A DNA stretch of 64,000 nucleotides from Octopus vulgaris (Eukaryota). Positions within the stretch are counted from its first letter, which is position 1; each line of letters begins with the position of its first letter. The DNA lies in NCBI GenBank assembly GCA_951406725.2, contig OX597832.1:60698001-60762000 (forward strand), written 5' to 3'. The position numbers and the translations under genes were made by a program. Below the pieces are notes generated by a model. That model was given only the letters and a program-made list of their open reading frames with translations. It made no database searches and was not told the origin of the DNA. This document shows positions 26,148 to 40,065 of this stretch, piece by piece.

Positions 26148-26532
26148 GGAAGCACTCCGTCGGTTACGACGACGAGGGTTCTGGTTGATCCGAATCAACG
26201 GAACAGCCTGCTCGTGAGATTAACGTGTAAGTGGCTGAACACTCCACAGACACGTGTACCCTTAACGTAGTTCTCGGGGATATTCAGCGTGACACAAAGA
26301 GTGACAAGGCCGGCCCTTTGAAATACAGGTACAACAGAAACAGGAAGTAAGAGTGAGAGAAAGTTGTGGTGAAAGTGTACAGCAGGGATCACCACCATCC
26401 CCTGCCGGAGCCTCGTGGAGCTTTTAGGTGTTTTCGCTCAATAAACACTCACAACGCCCGGTCTGGGAATCGAAACCTCGATCCTACGACCGCGAGTCCG
26501 CTGCCCTAACCGCTGGACCATTGCGCCTCCAC
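26148..26532 (-). mobile_element. tRNA-derived SINE family C (octopus OR-type-like), intact-looking
   Basis: Minus strand begins GTGGAGGCGCAATGGTCCAGCGGTTAGGGCAGCGGACTCGCGGTCGTAGGATCGAGGTTTCGATTCCC (A/B-box-like), followed by a non-tRNA body and tail. It appears inserted into an older repeat. The family name is from memory. Confidence 0.8.
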
Positions 26533-26756
26533 AGGGGGTACACTAGGCACACGCATCACATCATTATTATCAAATTCCACCAACGTCGACTTTACCTTTC
26601 ATCCTTTCGGGGTTGTTAAAAGTAAGTACGAGTTGAGTCCTGGAGCTGATGTATTTCATTTACCGCTTCCCAGAAATTGCTAGTCTTGGCCAAAATTATT
26701 ATTATTATTATTAAGCCCTTGTGGCTAATAAAGAAAAAATTATTACTATTATTAAA

Positions 26757-26952
26757 AAGGCGGTGAGTTGGCAGAATAGTTAGCATGTTGGACGAAATCT
26801 TTAGCTTCTGAGTTCAAATTCTGCCCAGGTCGACTTTGCCTTTCATCCTCTCGGGGTCGATAAATTAAGTACCAGTGAGACACTTGGGACAATGTAATCG
26901 ACTAGCTCACTCCCACTGAATTTTAGGCCTTGTGCTTATAGTAGAAAGGATT
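26757..26952 (+). mobile_element. SINE family B
   Basis: AAGGCGGTGAGTTGGCAGAA head, core, tail GCCTTGTGCTTATAGTAGAAAGGA then (TTA)n. Confidence 0.85.
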
Positions 26953-27667
26953 ATTATTATTATTATTATTATACGGAATGTATTAGCCTCAACCCAATCA
27001 TTGCCACGATGCCAGATGGGGTCTCCAAGCAGCATTGGTGGGTTAATTATCAGGAAAAGGGGGTTTTAATGTGGGATTTTGAAACGGTGACACAGACGTG
27101 GAAGTGGGTTTGTGAAGGAGCGGTAAATGCATCAGGTGGCCGTGTTAGATGAGGGAGAGCATGATATGATGGCGGAGGAGGAGAGCAAGCAAGAAGACAC
27201 ACTGCATTGTGGACCAGTGGCCAGTTTTCAGTTTGTGAACAGATCTTTGCTAATCAACAAGTCACGTCTGAATGAAAGGTTCGGATGTTGTTGCTGTTGT
27301 TCTAATTGAGACCCTGGCTGAACAGACCTACGGTCAAAGACATTCCAGCCGTGACTGTCACTTCTTTTACAGACAGACTACCTCAGACTGTTATTCCTGA
27401 AGTTGTTGTTTTTTTTTTGTCTTATTTTTAAGACAGTACACTGGGTGATCTGAGAGTTTCATTGCTATTTCTAGCATGTCGAGTAATTACGTAAAGCAAG
27501 GGGAGATAACCTGTGCTTGCAGACAACATTTCTCCAATGACATCTGAAACTGTCTCCTAAGGAAGTCCTTCAGAATATACATGACAATCTTTTAAACCTC
27601 AGAAGCAAACGGGAAATTTAATGAAAATTAATTATCATTTTAACATCTACTTTTCTATGCTCTCATG

Positions 27668-27947
27668 CAGAGTTTCTCAAACTTTTGGGGCCACCTCTCC
27701 CATCATCGTCACATAATACCTTCAGCACCCCATTCCTATTTGTATGTATAAATATTTTATTAATTTCTATATAGTATGAATCATTTGATATTTAATATAA
27801 TATTATATAATTTGTATACAATAATATAACATTATAATAAATTCATAGCGTCTCCCAATTCACTGCCTCCCAACGCCTCCTTCTCTACCCCCGCCTTAGG
27901 CACCGGCGCCCACCGGTGGGCGGTAGCGTCCACTTTGAGGACCTATG
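27668..27947. mobile_element. hAT-like MITE with perfect 8-bp TSD
   Basis: Ends CAGAGTTTCTCAAA / TTTGAGGACCTATG; TSD ctctcatg at 27660-67 and 27948-55; internal palindrome CGCCCACCGGTGGGCG at 27907-22. Confidence 0.8.
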
Positions 27948-28407
27948 CTCTCATGGGTCAGAAGGATTCCGTTGAGGTAGATTTTCTACAGCTTAGATAC
28001 CATTCCTGATGCCAGTTGTCATTTTTCAAAAGGACACAAGTACGATGGTAATACCTGGGTCTGGCTGTCAAAAGAAGGACACACACACACACACACACAT
28101 CTAACAGATTTCTTTCATTCTGTCAAACAAATCTACAGCTTTTGGCTGGCGCAAGGGTTGTATGATAAAATTACCAACTCCCAGGTGCCACGCAGTGGAC
28201 CTAAACCCAAAACCATGTGGTGGGGAAGCAAATTTCTTAAACACATATCATGCTTGTCTGTGTGCATGTGTCTACACGTGTGTATATGCATTTACATGTG
28301 TGTGTGTGTATATCTATGTTATATAAGTCTAGTGAAAAATACTGCACATACGTATGTACATACACACTTCTTAATGAACATAAGACTATATATCGTTTTA
28401 TTTTTTT

Positions 28408-28686
28408 CAGTCACTTGACTGAAGGATTTTAGAAGAAACAAAACGACCCCAGGTCTTATTTTTACAGCCTAGTACTTATTCTATCGGTTTCATTTGCGGA
28501 ACAGCTAAGTTACGGGAACGTAAACACAACAGCACCGATTGTCAAGTGGTGATTGGGTGGACAATTACAGCTTCGATCGGCCCAAGGTTATAGAAGAAGA
28601 CACTTGCCCAATGTGTCACGCAGTGGGACTGAACCCGGGACCATGCGGTTGGGAAGCAAGCTTCTTACCACACAGCCACGCCTGCT
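28408..28686 (-). mobile_element. SINE family A with internal deletion
   Basis: Tail and head homology to the other family A copies; the middle is missing. Confidence 0.8.
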
Positions 28687-29209
28687 CACAGACACATACA
28701 CACACACACACATATAGCCTGAGACACTTGCATATGCACTCATTGGTTTTAGAAACATTAATTAAAAGTATTAATTAAGAGTATTACTTAGAAAGTATTA
28801 TTCTCGCACATTGCTTATGCTGCAAAGCAATTTCGCGATTTCGATTGCGTGGACCTTATGACATTTACAATAATGTTACCACGAGAACCAGAAACGAAAT
28901 TAAAAAGTGTCCGCTTGAAGCAGACATTTTCGCATCTGTCGTTCACAGAAGGTTTTTTAAATAAACGAACGTTTACTTCAAACTTTCGTTTCAGCTTTCG
29001 AAGAATATTCTGACAGTGGATATTCAAAACAAAACCCCGGCTTGGTTTACCAGTTGATGATCAGAAAACGAGGAAATCTGAGTACTGGAAATATGAGCCT
29101 TTGGGTTATAATCTTTTCATGAATACCCTATATTTGAATGGTGTCCTGTAATTCATTGCTTCTGGTGAATCAACAGATCACACACACACACACACAGATA
29201 TATATATAT

Positions 29210-29355
29210 CACTTAGCGGTTCGGCAAAAGAGATCGATAGAATAAGTACTGGGCTTACAAAAGAATAAGTCCCAGGGTCGATTTGCTCGACTAAAGGCGG
29301 TGCTCCAGCATGGCCGCAGTCAAATGACTGAAACAGGTAAAAGAGAGAGTAAAAG
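29210..29355 (+). mobile_element. SINE family A 3' part (young)
   Basis: Nearly identical to the reverse complement of 63015-63150. Confidence 0.9.
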
Positions 29356-29387
29356 ATATATATATATATATATATATATATATGGAG

Positions 29388-29464
<77 letters not shown>

Positions 29465-29490
29465 TATGGAGAGATAGATAGATATAGATA
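29356..29490. repeat. (TA)n-(GATA)n microsatellite
   Basis: Directly visible. Confidence 0.95.
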
Positions 29491-29814
29491 TTTATACACG
29501 CGCACAAACTATGTATACATGTACGCCAGTAACTATGGGGATGTGAACAGATGGATTGATAAAGGCTATATAAGTGTTCTATAAACAAAGTCACTCACTC
29601 TCTATCAATCTATCAAACACACACACACAAACTCGCATATACATACGGTCTCTCTCTTTCTCCCTCCATCGCACGCACTGCATGAATATGTTGTTTGCAA
29701 GAGGCTGGCTTGCTGCATTTATAAAATGTCAGACGCCTGGCATATCGATATGTAGTTTACAGATAGCTATACAACGGTACTGTAACAAGGGTCATTTTAT
29801 TGTAGTAGTAGTAA

Positions 29815-29858
<44 letters not shown>

Positions 29859-31084
29859 CTGGTAGAACAAAGAAAAAAAGAAGGAACAATTTTTCCCTTC
29901 TCTCTACCACCCGCCACTATATGAATCTACCTCTGTGCTTCTGCTCTACCTGCTAGGAATAGCAGCTAAATCTACCCAGAATCATGACACGGTCTTTAAA
30001 ATGGAAGGATCCATTGGATGATGTGTAGTTTAGAAAAATATATGAAGAGAGAGATAGGGGGTGGTGGCCATGATGTGATCATTCAGAGCTGGCCTGGTGT
30101 AAACCAACAATATATACCAAGCTAATCAACCACACAATATCCAGGCATGCATACATGCATATATATACTACATACATACATATATGCATAATGGCATATA
30201 CATACACACATGTATATGCACATGTATACGAATATCCATATATGTAAACATGCATATATATATCTTTAATACCCACAAGGGGCTAAACATAGAGGGGACA
30301 AACAAGGACAGACAAACGGATTAAGTCGATTACATCAAGCCAGTGCGAAACTGGTACTTTATTTATCGACCCCGAGAGGATGAAAGGCAAAGTCGACAGA
30401 TGTACATGTGTGTATGCATGTATATATATATATATATATATATACATGCATACACACATGTACATCTGCATACATATATGGATTATATGTATACATATAT
30501 GCATATCCGTACGCATACATGCACATAACCAGTCACAAACATTTGTATATACTCTTATACATACACACATTATCGTGCTAGGAAATCAACTGCCCTTCCA
30601 TGTTCACAAGTATCCATCAATGGGTGATGGACGGTCAACATCCCTGATTTGAGGAATAGGAGAATGAAAGAGAGAGGTGGGGATCGGGAAGTGGGTTTGC
30701 TGTACAGTTGATACTTTTCTCCAGAGAATTACTGGTATGTATGTGAAAGTAAAATAACTCCAATTGAGAATTGAACCTGAAAACTGTAAACTCCAATCAC
30801 CAAGAGAGACTTGGGTTTCTTTTACTGACATCCGCCCGCAATCTAACGAGCATGCCTCGACATGGATGCTTGACCTGTTAGAAATAGCAACCAAATTTCC
30901 CCAAAAAAATTTATAACGGGCAGTCTTCGGGGAAACAAGAGCAAGGTTAATGTGGTCATGGATGAAATGCTTTTTTAAAAAGATACAGAGCTGACCTTGA
31001 GACTAAGCATCATACTATATAATCTCTGTCTGTCTCTCTTCCTTTCTCGCTCTTTAATCTATCTATCTTTCTACTTTGTGTCAG

Positions 31085-31920
31085 GCCTAGAGAAAGATAG
31101 AGTAATAGTTGAAGCGTTAGAAAGGGAGAGAGAAAAGGGAAGAGAAAGAGTTAATCAATTTGCTAGAATTAGAAGGGGGTAGAAGAGAGAGGAGATGAGG
31201 GAGAGAGAGGGGTAATAAGGAAATGTTGTGAGAGAGGAGAGAGGGGGAGCAGAGAGAAATTGTATGTCAACTTGCTAGAGTTAGACGGGATAACAGAAGA
31301 GGAGAGCGAAAAAGAGGAGGGAAACTGATAGAGAGCAAGAGAGAGATAGAGACGGAGAGAGAGTAGTGTCAACTCGCTCAGATAAAGAGTAATCCGAATC
31401 AAATATGAGAGAGAAGGAGCTGATAAAAAGCTGGGGAGATACGATGACGTTGAGAGGGAAGATATCTTGAAAGAGGGAGAGAGATAGAGAGTAATTGGAA
31501 GGCTGGAGAGAGAGAGACATTCAGGGAGCAAAAGATAGAGACGAGAGAGGGAGAGAGGAAGATAGAGAGAAATTGGAGGGCAAGAGACAGAGTAAAAGAT
31601 ACAGAAACAAACGAGAGAGAGGGGAGAGAGAAAGATAGAGAGAAATTGGAGGGCTAGAGAGAGACATTCAGAGAACAAAAGATAGAGACATAGACGAGAG
31701 AGGGAGGGAGAGAGAGACAGAAAGATAGAGAGAAATTGGAGGGCGAGAGACGGACAGTCAGAGAGTAAAAGATAGCGAGACAGATGAGAGAGAGGTGGGA
31801 GAGAATGAGTGAAGGAGAGAGCCTGAGAGAGGGAAAGATAGAAAGAAACAGCAGGAACGAGAGAGAAATACTCATAGAGCAAAGTATAGAGAGACTAGAC
31901 AGGGAGATAGAGAGTGAGAG
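31085..31920. repeat. Polypurine (GA-rich) low-complexity tract with degenerate ~70-80-bp units
   Basis: Repeated AGATAGAGAGAAATTGGAGGGC...GAGTAAAAGATA units at ~31485, 31560, 31633 and 31722. Confidence 0.8.
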
Positions 31921-34127
31921 AATGTATGTGTGTGTGATGATGATGATGAGAGAGAAATTTCAAAGCCAGAAAAGAAGAGGTTGCGATAAGCTGTGACAAT
32001 CGCATACAGAAAACATCACACACAGACACATACATTGATAAAAGAAATGATACAGTTGGTCTCTCTCTCACTCTCTCCACTTCAATAACCACCACCGTTA
32101 TCAAACAACACTAACAACAACACTACCACCGCCGCCGCTACCACCAGAGGCTTGGAACACTGGTTTCCATAGAAACATTTCAAATGGTTAATGTCAATAA
32201 GACGATATAATTCCACCATCACCATCACCACCATGACAGCAACACTGGTAGCCACACCACTCACTATCAAACACCAATACCACCATTAGAGACAGCGCAA
32301 CCACCATCACCCATACCGTTCAATATCACAGTACCACCAATACTACTAGCTATACCACTATCTCTACTACCATCCGCAGCAAGGCTGGACTAAATTAGAA
32401 GAAAAAGTACTAAGGTAAAAAAATAAATAAAAATGTATATAAAAAGAGAAAAAAAAACAATGAATTTTCAACCAATCAACACTGGACTACTATTACTGCC
32501 ACTACGGCGAGGTCCCTTCCTCCTACCACTACCCACACACTGTTCCTTCTGGACACAATGGGACTACTGTTAATACATACACACACATACATTATGTGTA
32601 TACACACACAAACATCCACATATACACCCTCATACACGGGCGTATTATATATATATATATATTTAAAAATATATTCCACATATGTGCACATAGATTTGTG
32701 TGTTTGAGTGTATGTATGTATACACACACACGCATATATATACATACACACATATATATACATATATGTATATAGATATATATACATATACACACGTGTA
32801 TATATATATATATATATACAGACACACAGTTATACGCATATGTATATATATATATATACATACATACACACACACACATATATACAACACATATATACAT
32901 ACAAATATATACACACACATATACATACATTATATATATACATGCATACACACATATACAAACATACACACACATACATGCTCTCTATATATGCATTCAT
33001 ATATGTGTATATTACATGCATACACACATATATTCAAACGCATACACGCTCTCTCTATATATATACATTCATATATGTATGTATATATATATATATACAC
33101 ATACATACACACATAGAAAGTGAGACTTGTTCCAATGTGAACGAATGTGTGAGAGTAATAACAACAACAACAAGGCAAGTGTGCGCGCATGTGAGTGCGT
33201 ATGCATTGTTTGGTGGTGGTGGTCATGTCCTGGCAGGAAAGGGGGGGGAGACCAAGAGAACAACAACAACAACAACAACAACAACAGATAAGCTGCTAGA
33301 GAGGCGGAATGCTAATCATCTAATTTAGGCTGTTGTGTGAGAAAGTTGGGGCGGGGGGTATTGTATTCGCCCACGACCACCACCTCGGCTATAGGAAAAA
33401 AGTGTGGGATTGTGCAATGGTTTTTGGCTGTATTTTTGGTTCGATCGTATTTTTTAATTAGTTATTTTTTATATTTAGTTATTTATTTTTTAAAGTTTAT
33501 TTTGGTCTTTTGTGAAAAGAGAAGTCTTTTTATTTATATATAAATTTCCTTTATTTTTCTTCGTTTTTTTTTTGTTAATTTTTATCCGTCTTGTTTTTTT
33601 CTCTCAGCCATTCAGAAGCTACTCCCCCTCTCTCTCCCTTACATTTCTCTCTATCTCTTCTCTCACGTTCCTCTCTCACAAAGTTCCTCTCCCTCACCTC
33701 ACGTTCTCTCACCCTCTCTCTCATACATCTTACTTTCCTACTCCCTCTCTATGTACTCTCACGTTACGACCCCTTTCTTTTTCACACTCCTCTTATGCTC
33801 GTCCCGCTCTCTGATTCCCACTCACATCCCCCCTACTCTCTCTCTCTCTCACTGTGTCTTAGTCACTCCATCTCCCCACTTATTCACAGTCGGACACTAG
33901 ACCGGCCGAAACGCAAGTCACTGTAGGACAGACAGGAGTTGGGATAATAGACAGAGACAGAGAAAGAGAGAGACTGACAAACAGAGAGAGGGGGACAGAG
34001 ACACATACAGAGGAAGAGCAAGGGGCAGTAGGACACGCACACTCTCTCCTCCTTAATCTCTAGCTTCCCCACCAAACTCCTCTCCCCGCGACTTCCACTG
34101 CTTACTGTACTTTCCCCTCGCCCTTAC

Positions 34128-34349
34128 CGCCATCGGCTCCCTCCCTCTGCAGGTTTTGTTGTTGCTGCAGAGAAAGAAGGAAGAGTCCATAATAAATTGT
34201 TGTCCCACCTGTCAATAGACAACAAAGACGGAGAGAGGGGGGAGGGGTGAGTCTATTGGGGCAGAAGCAGGAGATGAGACGGGGGATGGGGGAGATTTGC
34301 TGGAGGTGGAAGCGGCGGAGGCAGCGGTGAAGGAAGAGGAACGGGGCAA
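34128..34349 (-). other. Candidate exon containing a putative start codon (MDSSFFLCSNNKTCRGREPMA| or MA|)
   Basis: Acceptor tctactttcag|TTG at 34349; in-frame ATGs at 34190 and 34133; strong donor GCG|gtaagg after 34128 (alternative donor ACA|gtaagc after 34106); unique GC-rich sequence. No homology recognised. Confidence 0.35.
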
Positions 34350-34791
34350 CTGAAAGTAGATGGATTTGATAGAAACAGTAGGGTGTGTATGTATATATAT
34401 GATTGTATGTATGTATATATAAATAGTGAGCTAGATAAGATAGGTATATATATGTGTGCATACAGACATACACACACGCGGGTACAGGGGTCTATTTGTT
34501 ATAACCAAACTCTTCAAAGCGGCGCCCCAGCATGGCCGCAGTCCAATGACTGAAACGAGATATGTATCTATATCATATGTGCGTATATATAATATATTTA
34601 TATATATATATATATTAAATTAGAGATAAAACCACTATTAGGCAAATCAAACACACACATGTATATATTTGACTGCAGCCATGCTGGAGCACCGCCTTTA
34701 GTCGAGCAAATCGACCCCAGGACTTATTCTTTGTAAGCCCAGTACTTATTCTATCGGTCTCCTTTGCCGAACCGCTATTATTATATATAAA

Positions 34792-34831
<40 letters not shown>

Positions 34832-34863
34832 TGAAACAGTTCTAGTCCTGTAGAAGCTCCTTC

Positions 34864-34914
<51 letters not shown>

Positions 34915-34941
34915 CAGTTCTAGTCCTGTAGAAGCTCCTTC

Positions 34942-35035
<94 letters not shown>

Positions 35036-35525
35036 GCGAGGGAGACTTATGCAGGACAGAGGAATAATCCATAGCCGGATGAACAGATCGAAGTTGGATA
35101 AATAGCTAAGTAACAATCCAAAGGATCCATTTAAGAACTAGCTAAATAGCCTGGCTTTAAACTATCTTACTTCGTCGGCTGCATAGCAAACAATCGAGGC
35201 TAACCTTGCCAGCGCTACCCTCCTGTCTGGACGGAGTCTTTTTCGCTTCCATTTTTTCTTCTTTCTTTTTTCTTTCCATTTAACCTGGTAGTAATAATTA
35301 TTAAAACCCATGGTTGCATAAGTAATTGAATAAATGGAAATTCACAGAAACTATGTCGGCTGCTTTGTGCATCAAGTGTTTGGAAAGGTTTCACATATTA
35401 AGTTATTATTACAACAGTAGTTGGTTAAGGGTTGGGCTAGAGTCACGTTTGTTTTATTTATTTATTTATTGTTGTTGTTGCTTCTTTTCTTTTTTCATAT
35501 TGTTTGTGTTATTGGTTATACTCTC

Positions 35526-35734
35526 TTTTACTTGTTTCAGTCATTTGACTGTGGCCATGCTGGAGCACCACAATTTTTAGTCGAGCAAATCGACCCCAGG
35601 ACTTATTCTTTGTAAGCCTAGTACTTGTTCTATCGGTCTCTTTTGCCGAATCGCTAAGTTACGGGGACGTAAACACACCAGCATCGGTTGTCAAGCGATG
35701 TTGGGGGGGGGGACAAACACAGACACAAACATAT

Positions 35735-35784
<50 letters not shown>

Positions 35785-35947
35785 GACGGGCTTCTTTCAG
35801 TTTCCGTCTACCAAATCCACTCACAAGGCTTTGGTCGGGCCGAGGCTATAGTAGAAGACACTTGCCTAAGGTGCCACGCAGTGGGACTGAACCCGGAACC
35901 ATGTGGTTCGTAAGCAAGCTACTTACTACATAGCCACTCCTACGCCT
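35526..35947 (-). mobile_element. SINE family A, full length, CpG-intact
   Basis: Complete head (AGGCGTAGGAGTGGCTATGTAGTAAG...GGTTCAGTCCC), body, internal (TA)n and tail stem-loop. Confidence 0.92.
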
Positions 35948-36077
35948 ATGTGTCTGATTTGTAAAGAAGAGTCGAAGTTTGTACAGAATAAATGATGTCT
36001 TGGACAATATCCTTACATTTGTGAGGTGGTGGAGAGGAGAAAGGATAAACAAAACTGCATGATATAACAGTAATAAT

Positions 36078-36650
36078 CCTTTCTTCTATAGGAACAAGGC
36101 TTGGAATTTGAGGGGAGAGAGGATGGTCGATTACATAGACCCCAATGTTCAACTTGTACTTATTTCATCGACCCCCGAAAGGATGAAAGATAACGTCGAC
36201 CTCGGCGGAATTTGAACTCAGAACGTAAAGACGGACGAAATGCCGCTAAACAGTTTGCCCATTATAATAATGATTTCAAATCTTGGTACAAGACCAGCAA
36301 TTCCAGGGGAAAGGCTAAGTCGGTTATACTGACCCCCAGTGCTCAACTGGTACTTATTTTAGCGATTCCATAAGGATGAAAAGCAAAGTCGACCTCGGCG
36401 GAATTCGAACTCAGAACGAAATGTTGCCAAGCGTTTTGTTTGGCGTGCTAACGATTCTGCCAGCTGCCTTAATAACACCAATAACCATAATAAGCACGAG
36501 GCTTGGAATTCGTATTTTATGGACCCCGAAAGAATGAAATGGTAAAGTTGATCTTGTAGTTATTTGAACTCAGAACGTAAAAGAGCCGGAAGAAACTACG
36601 CTAAACATTTTGTCTGACCTGCTTGACGATTCTGCCAACTCGTCGCCTTC
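36078..36650 (-). mobile_element. Three tandem SINE family B copies
   Basis: Three successive GTCGACCTCGGCGGAATTTGAACTCAGAACG-type segments near 36195, 36388 and 36548. Confidence 0.85.
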
Positions 36651-36671
36651 ATAACGATGTTGATGATAATT

Positions 36672-37340
36672 CTTATTTGTCACAGGGACATCGGATGAGG
36701 TGGGGGTGCGCTCTAGAAGGGCAGTTTAGAATTCGTGACGGAGGGTTTACACCGAAAGCCGAAGAGAAAAACGGGAGAGACGGAAAATTATGAAAATACC
36801 GTACAAAGTACACAAAATATGTGACCACATGAATGATGCAGTCATGGTAGAGGAAAGTCTTCAAATAACCAATCAAGGAACCCTACGTACATATCGAAGC
36901 AGTCCCGTCTTAAAGCCTTCAAGCATGAACACAATGAGAAATTAGCGGGGAGAAGAGGGCACACGGATCTCGTGGACCAATTCTGATTTTTGTACGTTGT
37001 GCCTTGTTGTTGCTGTCAAATAAATACTATAGGGTCCCTGGCATTGTCCAGAGGCCCAAAATTCGGCCAAAACAACCCTGTATCCAAAATCACCCTGACC
37101 ACGAGGGGCACAAGCCCTCGTTCAACTCTTGTTCTCCAATCTACAGGCGCATAATTAGAATAGTTCCATTCATCCTATTTCTTTCAGTCACCTACCAAAC
37201 TTTGAACAAATTCGCCAGAGGCGGGCAGTTTATTCTCCACCTTCACTTACCTTTTCCAAGTGGAACTTGGAAAAAGTTGATGAGAGCTTGACCGAAGAAG
37301 ATTCCGATCTTCAGCACCCTCGGTTTCGTCCACAACAGAG
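36672..37340 (-). mobile_element. 3' fragment of a Tx1/L1-like LINE (degenerate)
   Basis: The reverse complement aligns with 60985-61455 (TCAAGCTCTCATCAACTTTTTCCAAGTTCCACTTGGAAA...GAATGGAACTATTCTAA...GAACAAGAGTTGAACGAGGGCTTGTGCC...CCCTGTGACAAATAA). Confidence 0.7.
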
Positions 37341-38294
37341 ACATTTTTTTTGCAAGTTTTCTAACGTAAAGCACATACAAGAAGGCAAACAGATTTTACG
37401 GAGAAGGGACACCAGACGACCAAATTCAACACAAGTATTTCACTGATAACTCTACAATAATCATTTGTTTATCTGTATCATTAACTTGAGTCAATGGACT
37501 GCGGCCATGCTGGAGCACCGCTTCGAGTTCAGAAGAGAAATTGTTTAAAAAAAACAAAAAAACTCGGAATGTGATATGAGTTGAGGGGGGTTGAAAGACA
37601 GACAGACAGACAGAGAAGGGGAGAAGCGTGAAAGCAAGAATAAAATGAAAGACGCAGAGGAAAAAAGTGTAGGTGGACTTCGGTTTGAATTCCTAAACTT
37701 CCAAACCTTAAATAGGAATTAAGACGGCCTTTGTTGTTTCTTCCTTCCTTTTTTTTTTTTTTTTTTAAGCCAGACCAGAGAGGAAGATTGGGTGGAGGAA
37801 AAAAACCAAGAATGGAAGAAAAAAAGCAAACAAACAAACAAAAACATTAAGCTGTGGAAGTGGGTGAAGTTTTTTAAAATGGTTCTCTTGTTCTTCGCAA
37901 TACAAAATGTTAAAAAAGCTCACACATACACACAGAGCTCTGTCTGTCTTGTGTGTGTGTGTGAGTTTGTTGAGTGAACGGGAGGCGGGGGGGAGGTAAA
38001 TAGTTTGTTATATATACATTGGCAGCTGATGACGGTAAGAGAGTGTCAGTTGAGATGAGTGGGGGGAAGAGGGGGGTGTGATGCAAAGGGAAACTGAAAA
38101 AATGTGTTATGTGTAGAGTCTAGACCTACGAATGCTTATATTGTGACACACACGTAAAGCGACGAGGTTACCATCAGATTAGCGAGACGTAGTGAGGTGT
38201 AGAGAGAGAGAGAGAGAGAGATAGGAAAGTAAGGAGAGAGGAGATGGACAGAAAGGTGAGGAGAAAGAGAAAGAGAGAGAGAGCGACAGACAGA

Positions 38295-38505
38295 AAGGTA
38301 GGGAGAAGGAGAGATGAAAAGAGTGACAGAGGTGTGAGAAAGAGAGAGAGAGGGAGAGATGGGTAAGGAAAAAAGAGAGGGAGATGAAAAGAATGACAGA
38401 GGTGTGAGAGAGAGAGGGAGGGAGAGATGGGTAAGGAAAAAAAGAGAGGGAGATGAAAAGAATGACAGAGGTGAGAGAGAGAGAGAGATGGGTAAGGTGA
38501 GACAG
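38295..38505. repeat. GA-rich ~65-70-bp tandem repeat x3
   Basis: GAGATGAAAAGA(A)TGACAGAGGTG...GAGATGGGTAAGG repeated. Confidence 0.8.
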
Positions 38506-38687
38506 AGAGAGGAGTAGAGAGACCGTGCATTAGATGTAGAGAGATCAACAGACTGACAGAGAGAGAGAGAGAGAGAGAATGTGTAACAGAGACAGATAGA
38601 GAGAAAGAAAGAAAGAAAGACAAGAGCAGTAAGCAGAAAGCAAAGCAACACGGTTGCTCTGCAATTAGAATTAAGAAAAACCTGGCT

Positions 38688-38724
<37 letters not shown>

Positions 38725-38741
38725 ATATATATATATATATA

Positions 38742-38773
<32 letters not shown>

Positions 38774-39904
38774 CTTTATGATGCGGAGGTAGAGGTGTGA
38801 AATGTGCAGGGTGTGTAGAGGTATGACGGCGGAGTGGTGATGGAGGAGGCGGTGGCGGCGTGCGGGGCGGTTTTCAGAATTGAAGACTTTTTAGCAGTGA
38901 ATTGTATTAACAGCTGTTGCCAAAGACAGATTGGTAATGATTACCAGTGGAATGAGAGAGAGATAGAGAGAGAGAATGAGTGAGAGAGAGAGTGAGTGAG
39001 AAACTGAGTGAGAGAGAGAGAGAAACTGAGTGAGAGTGATAGAACGTGTGTGTGTGTGTGTGTTTGTATATGTGTACGTGTGTTTAGTTCTTTCTCGTTT
39101 GTTGTAGGCAAGGCAGCGAAGGCCATGCTGGAGCACATGTTATATGTATAGGTGAGCATGCGGATGTATGTGAATGTATAAAAAAGAAGAGAGAGAGAGA
39201 AAAGTATGTATATATACAGAGAGAAAGAGAAAGTCGACAGTAGGGGAATAAGAGAGAGAGAGAGAGAGAGAGAAAGAATTTGGTTTCGCTGCAGTTCCAA
39301 GAAGACAAGAACCTAGACGTAATCAAAATTGCAACGAAAGAAGAAGATACAGCGAGGAAGTATCAGGTAGAGAGAGAGAGAGAGAGAGAGCGGGTGAGTG
39401 AGAGGGGGAGAGAAAGAGAATGAGAATTAATGACAAAACAAAATAAAATAAAATACAAGAATTCGTAGTTGCTTCCTATCTCTTTCCGACCGACCGCCAC
39501 CTTCAACACCTACACCGACAGCTCACCTTCCTCCCGGCACGAAATTACACACACACACAGGCAGCGTGTTATCAGGGGTGTACACCACCACCATCATCAC
39601 CGCCGCCAACACAAACACTACTAAATAAATAATAATAATAATAATTTCAAAAATAATATATATATATATACGTAAAAACTAAAGATATAAAAAAAGGATA
39701 ATTCTTGACATGCAGCATAATAGAAATATGAGGAAGAAAATGTTTATAATTATAGATGCACGCCACCCCGATTCCACCCCGAATTTTGACAGACATATGG
39801 CAGAATTATCAAAGACAAAAATAATAATAATAGGAAAAAAATATAAATATACTTTCGAAATCTCTACCGAGGGAGGATGTTTATATATATATATATATAC
39901 ACAC

Positions 39905-39936
<32 letters not shown>

Positions 39937-40032
39937 ATAAACTTATATTAATATACAGTAATATTCAAATATGTAAATCTATATTTACATACACAGGTAT
40001 AAATATACACACATATATATATATATACACAC

Positions 40033-40065
<33 letters not shown>

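Noticed and set aside
26455-26532. tRNA gene
   Set aside because: tRNA-like A/B boxes are present, but I could not fold a proper acceptor stem and it continues into a SINE body; it is a SINE head.
27907-27922. Perfect 16-bp GC palindrome as a regulatory site
   Set aside because: Lies in the subterminal region of a hAT MITE and is explained by the element.
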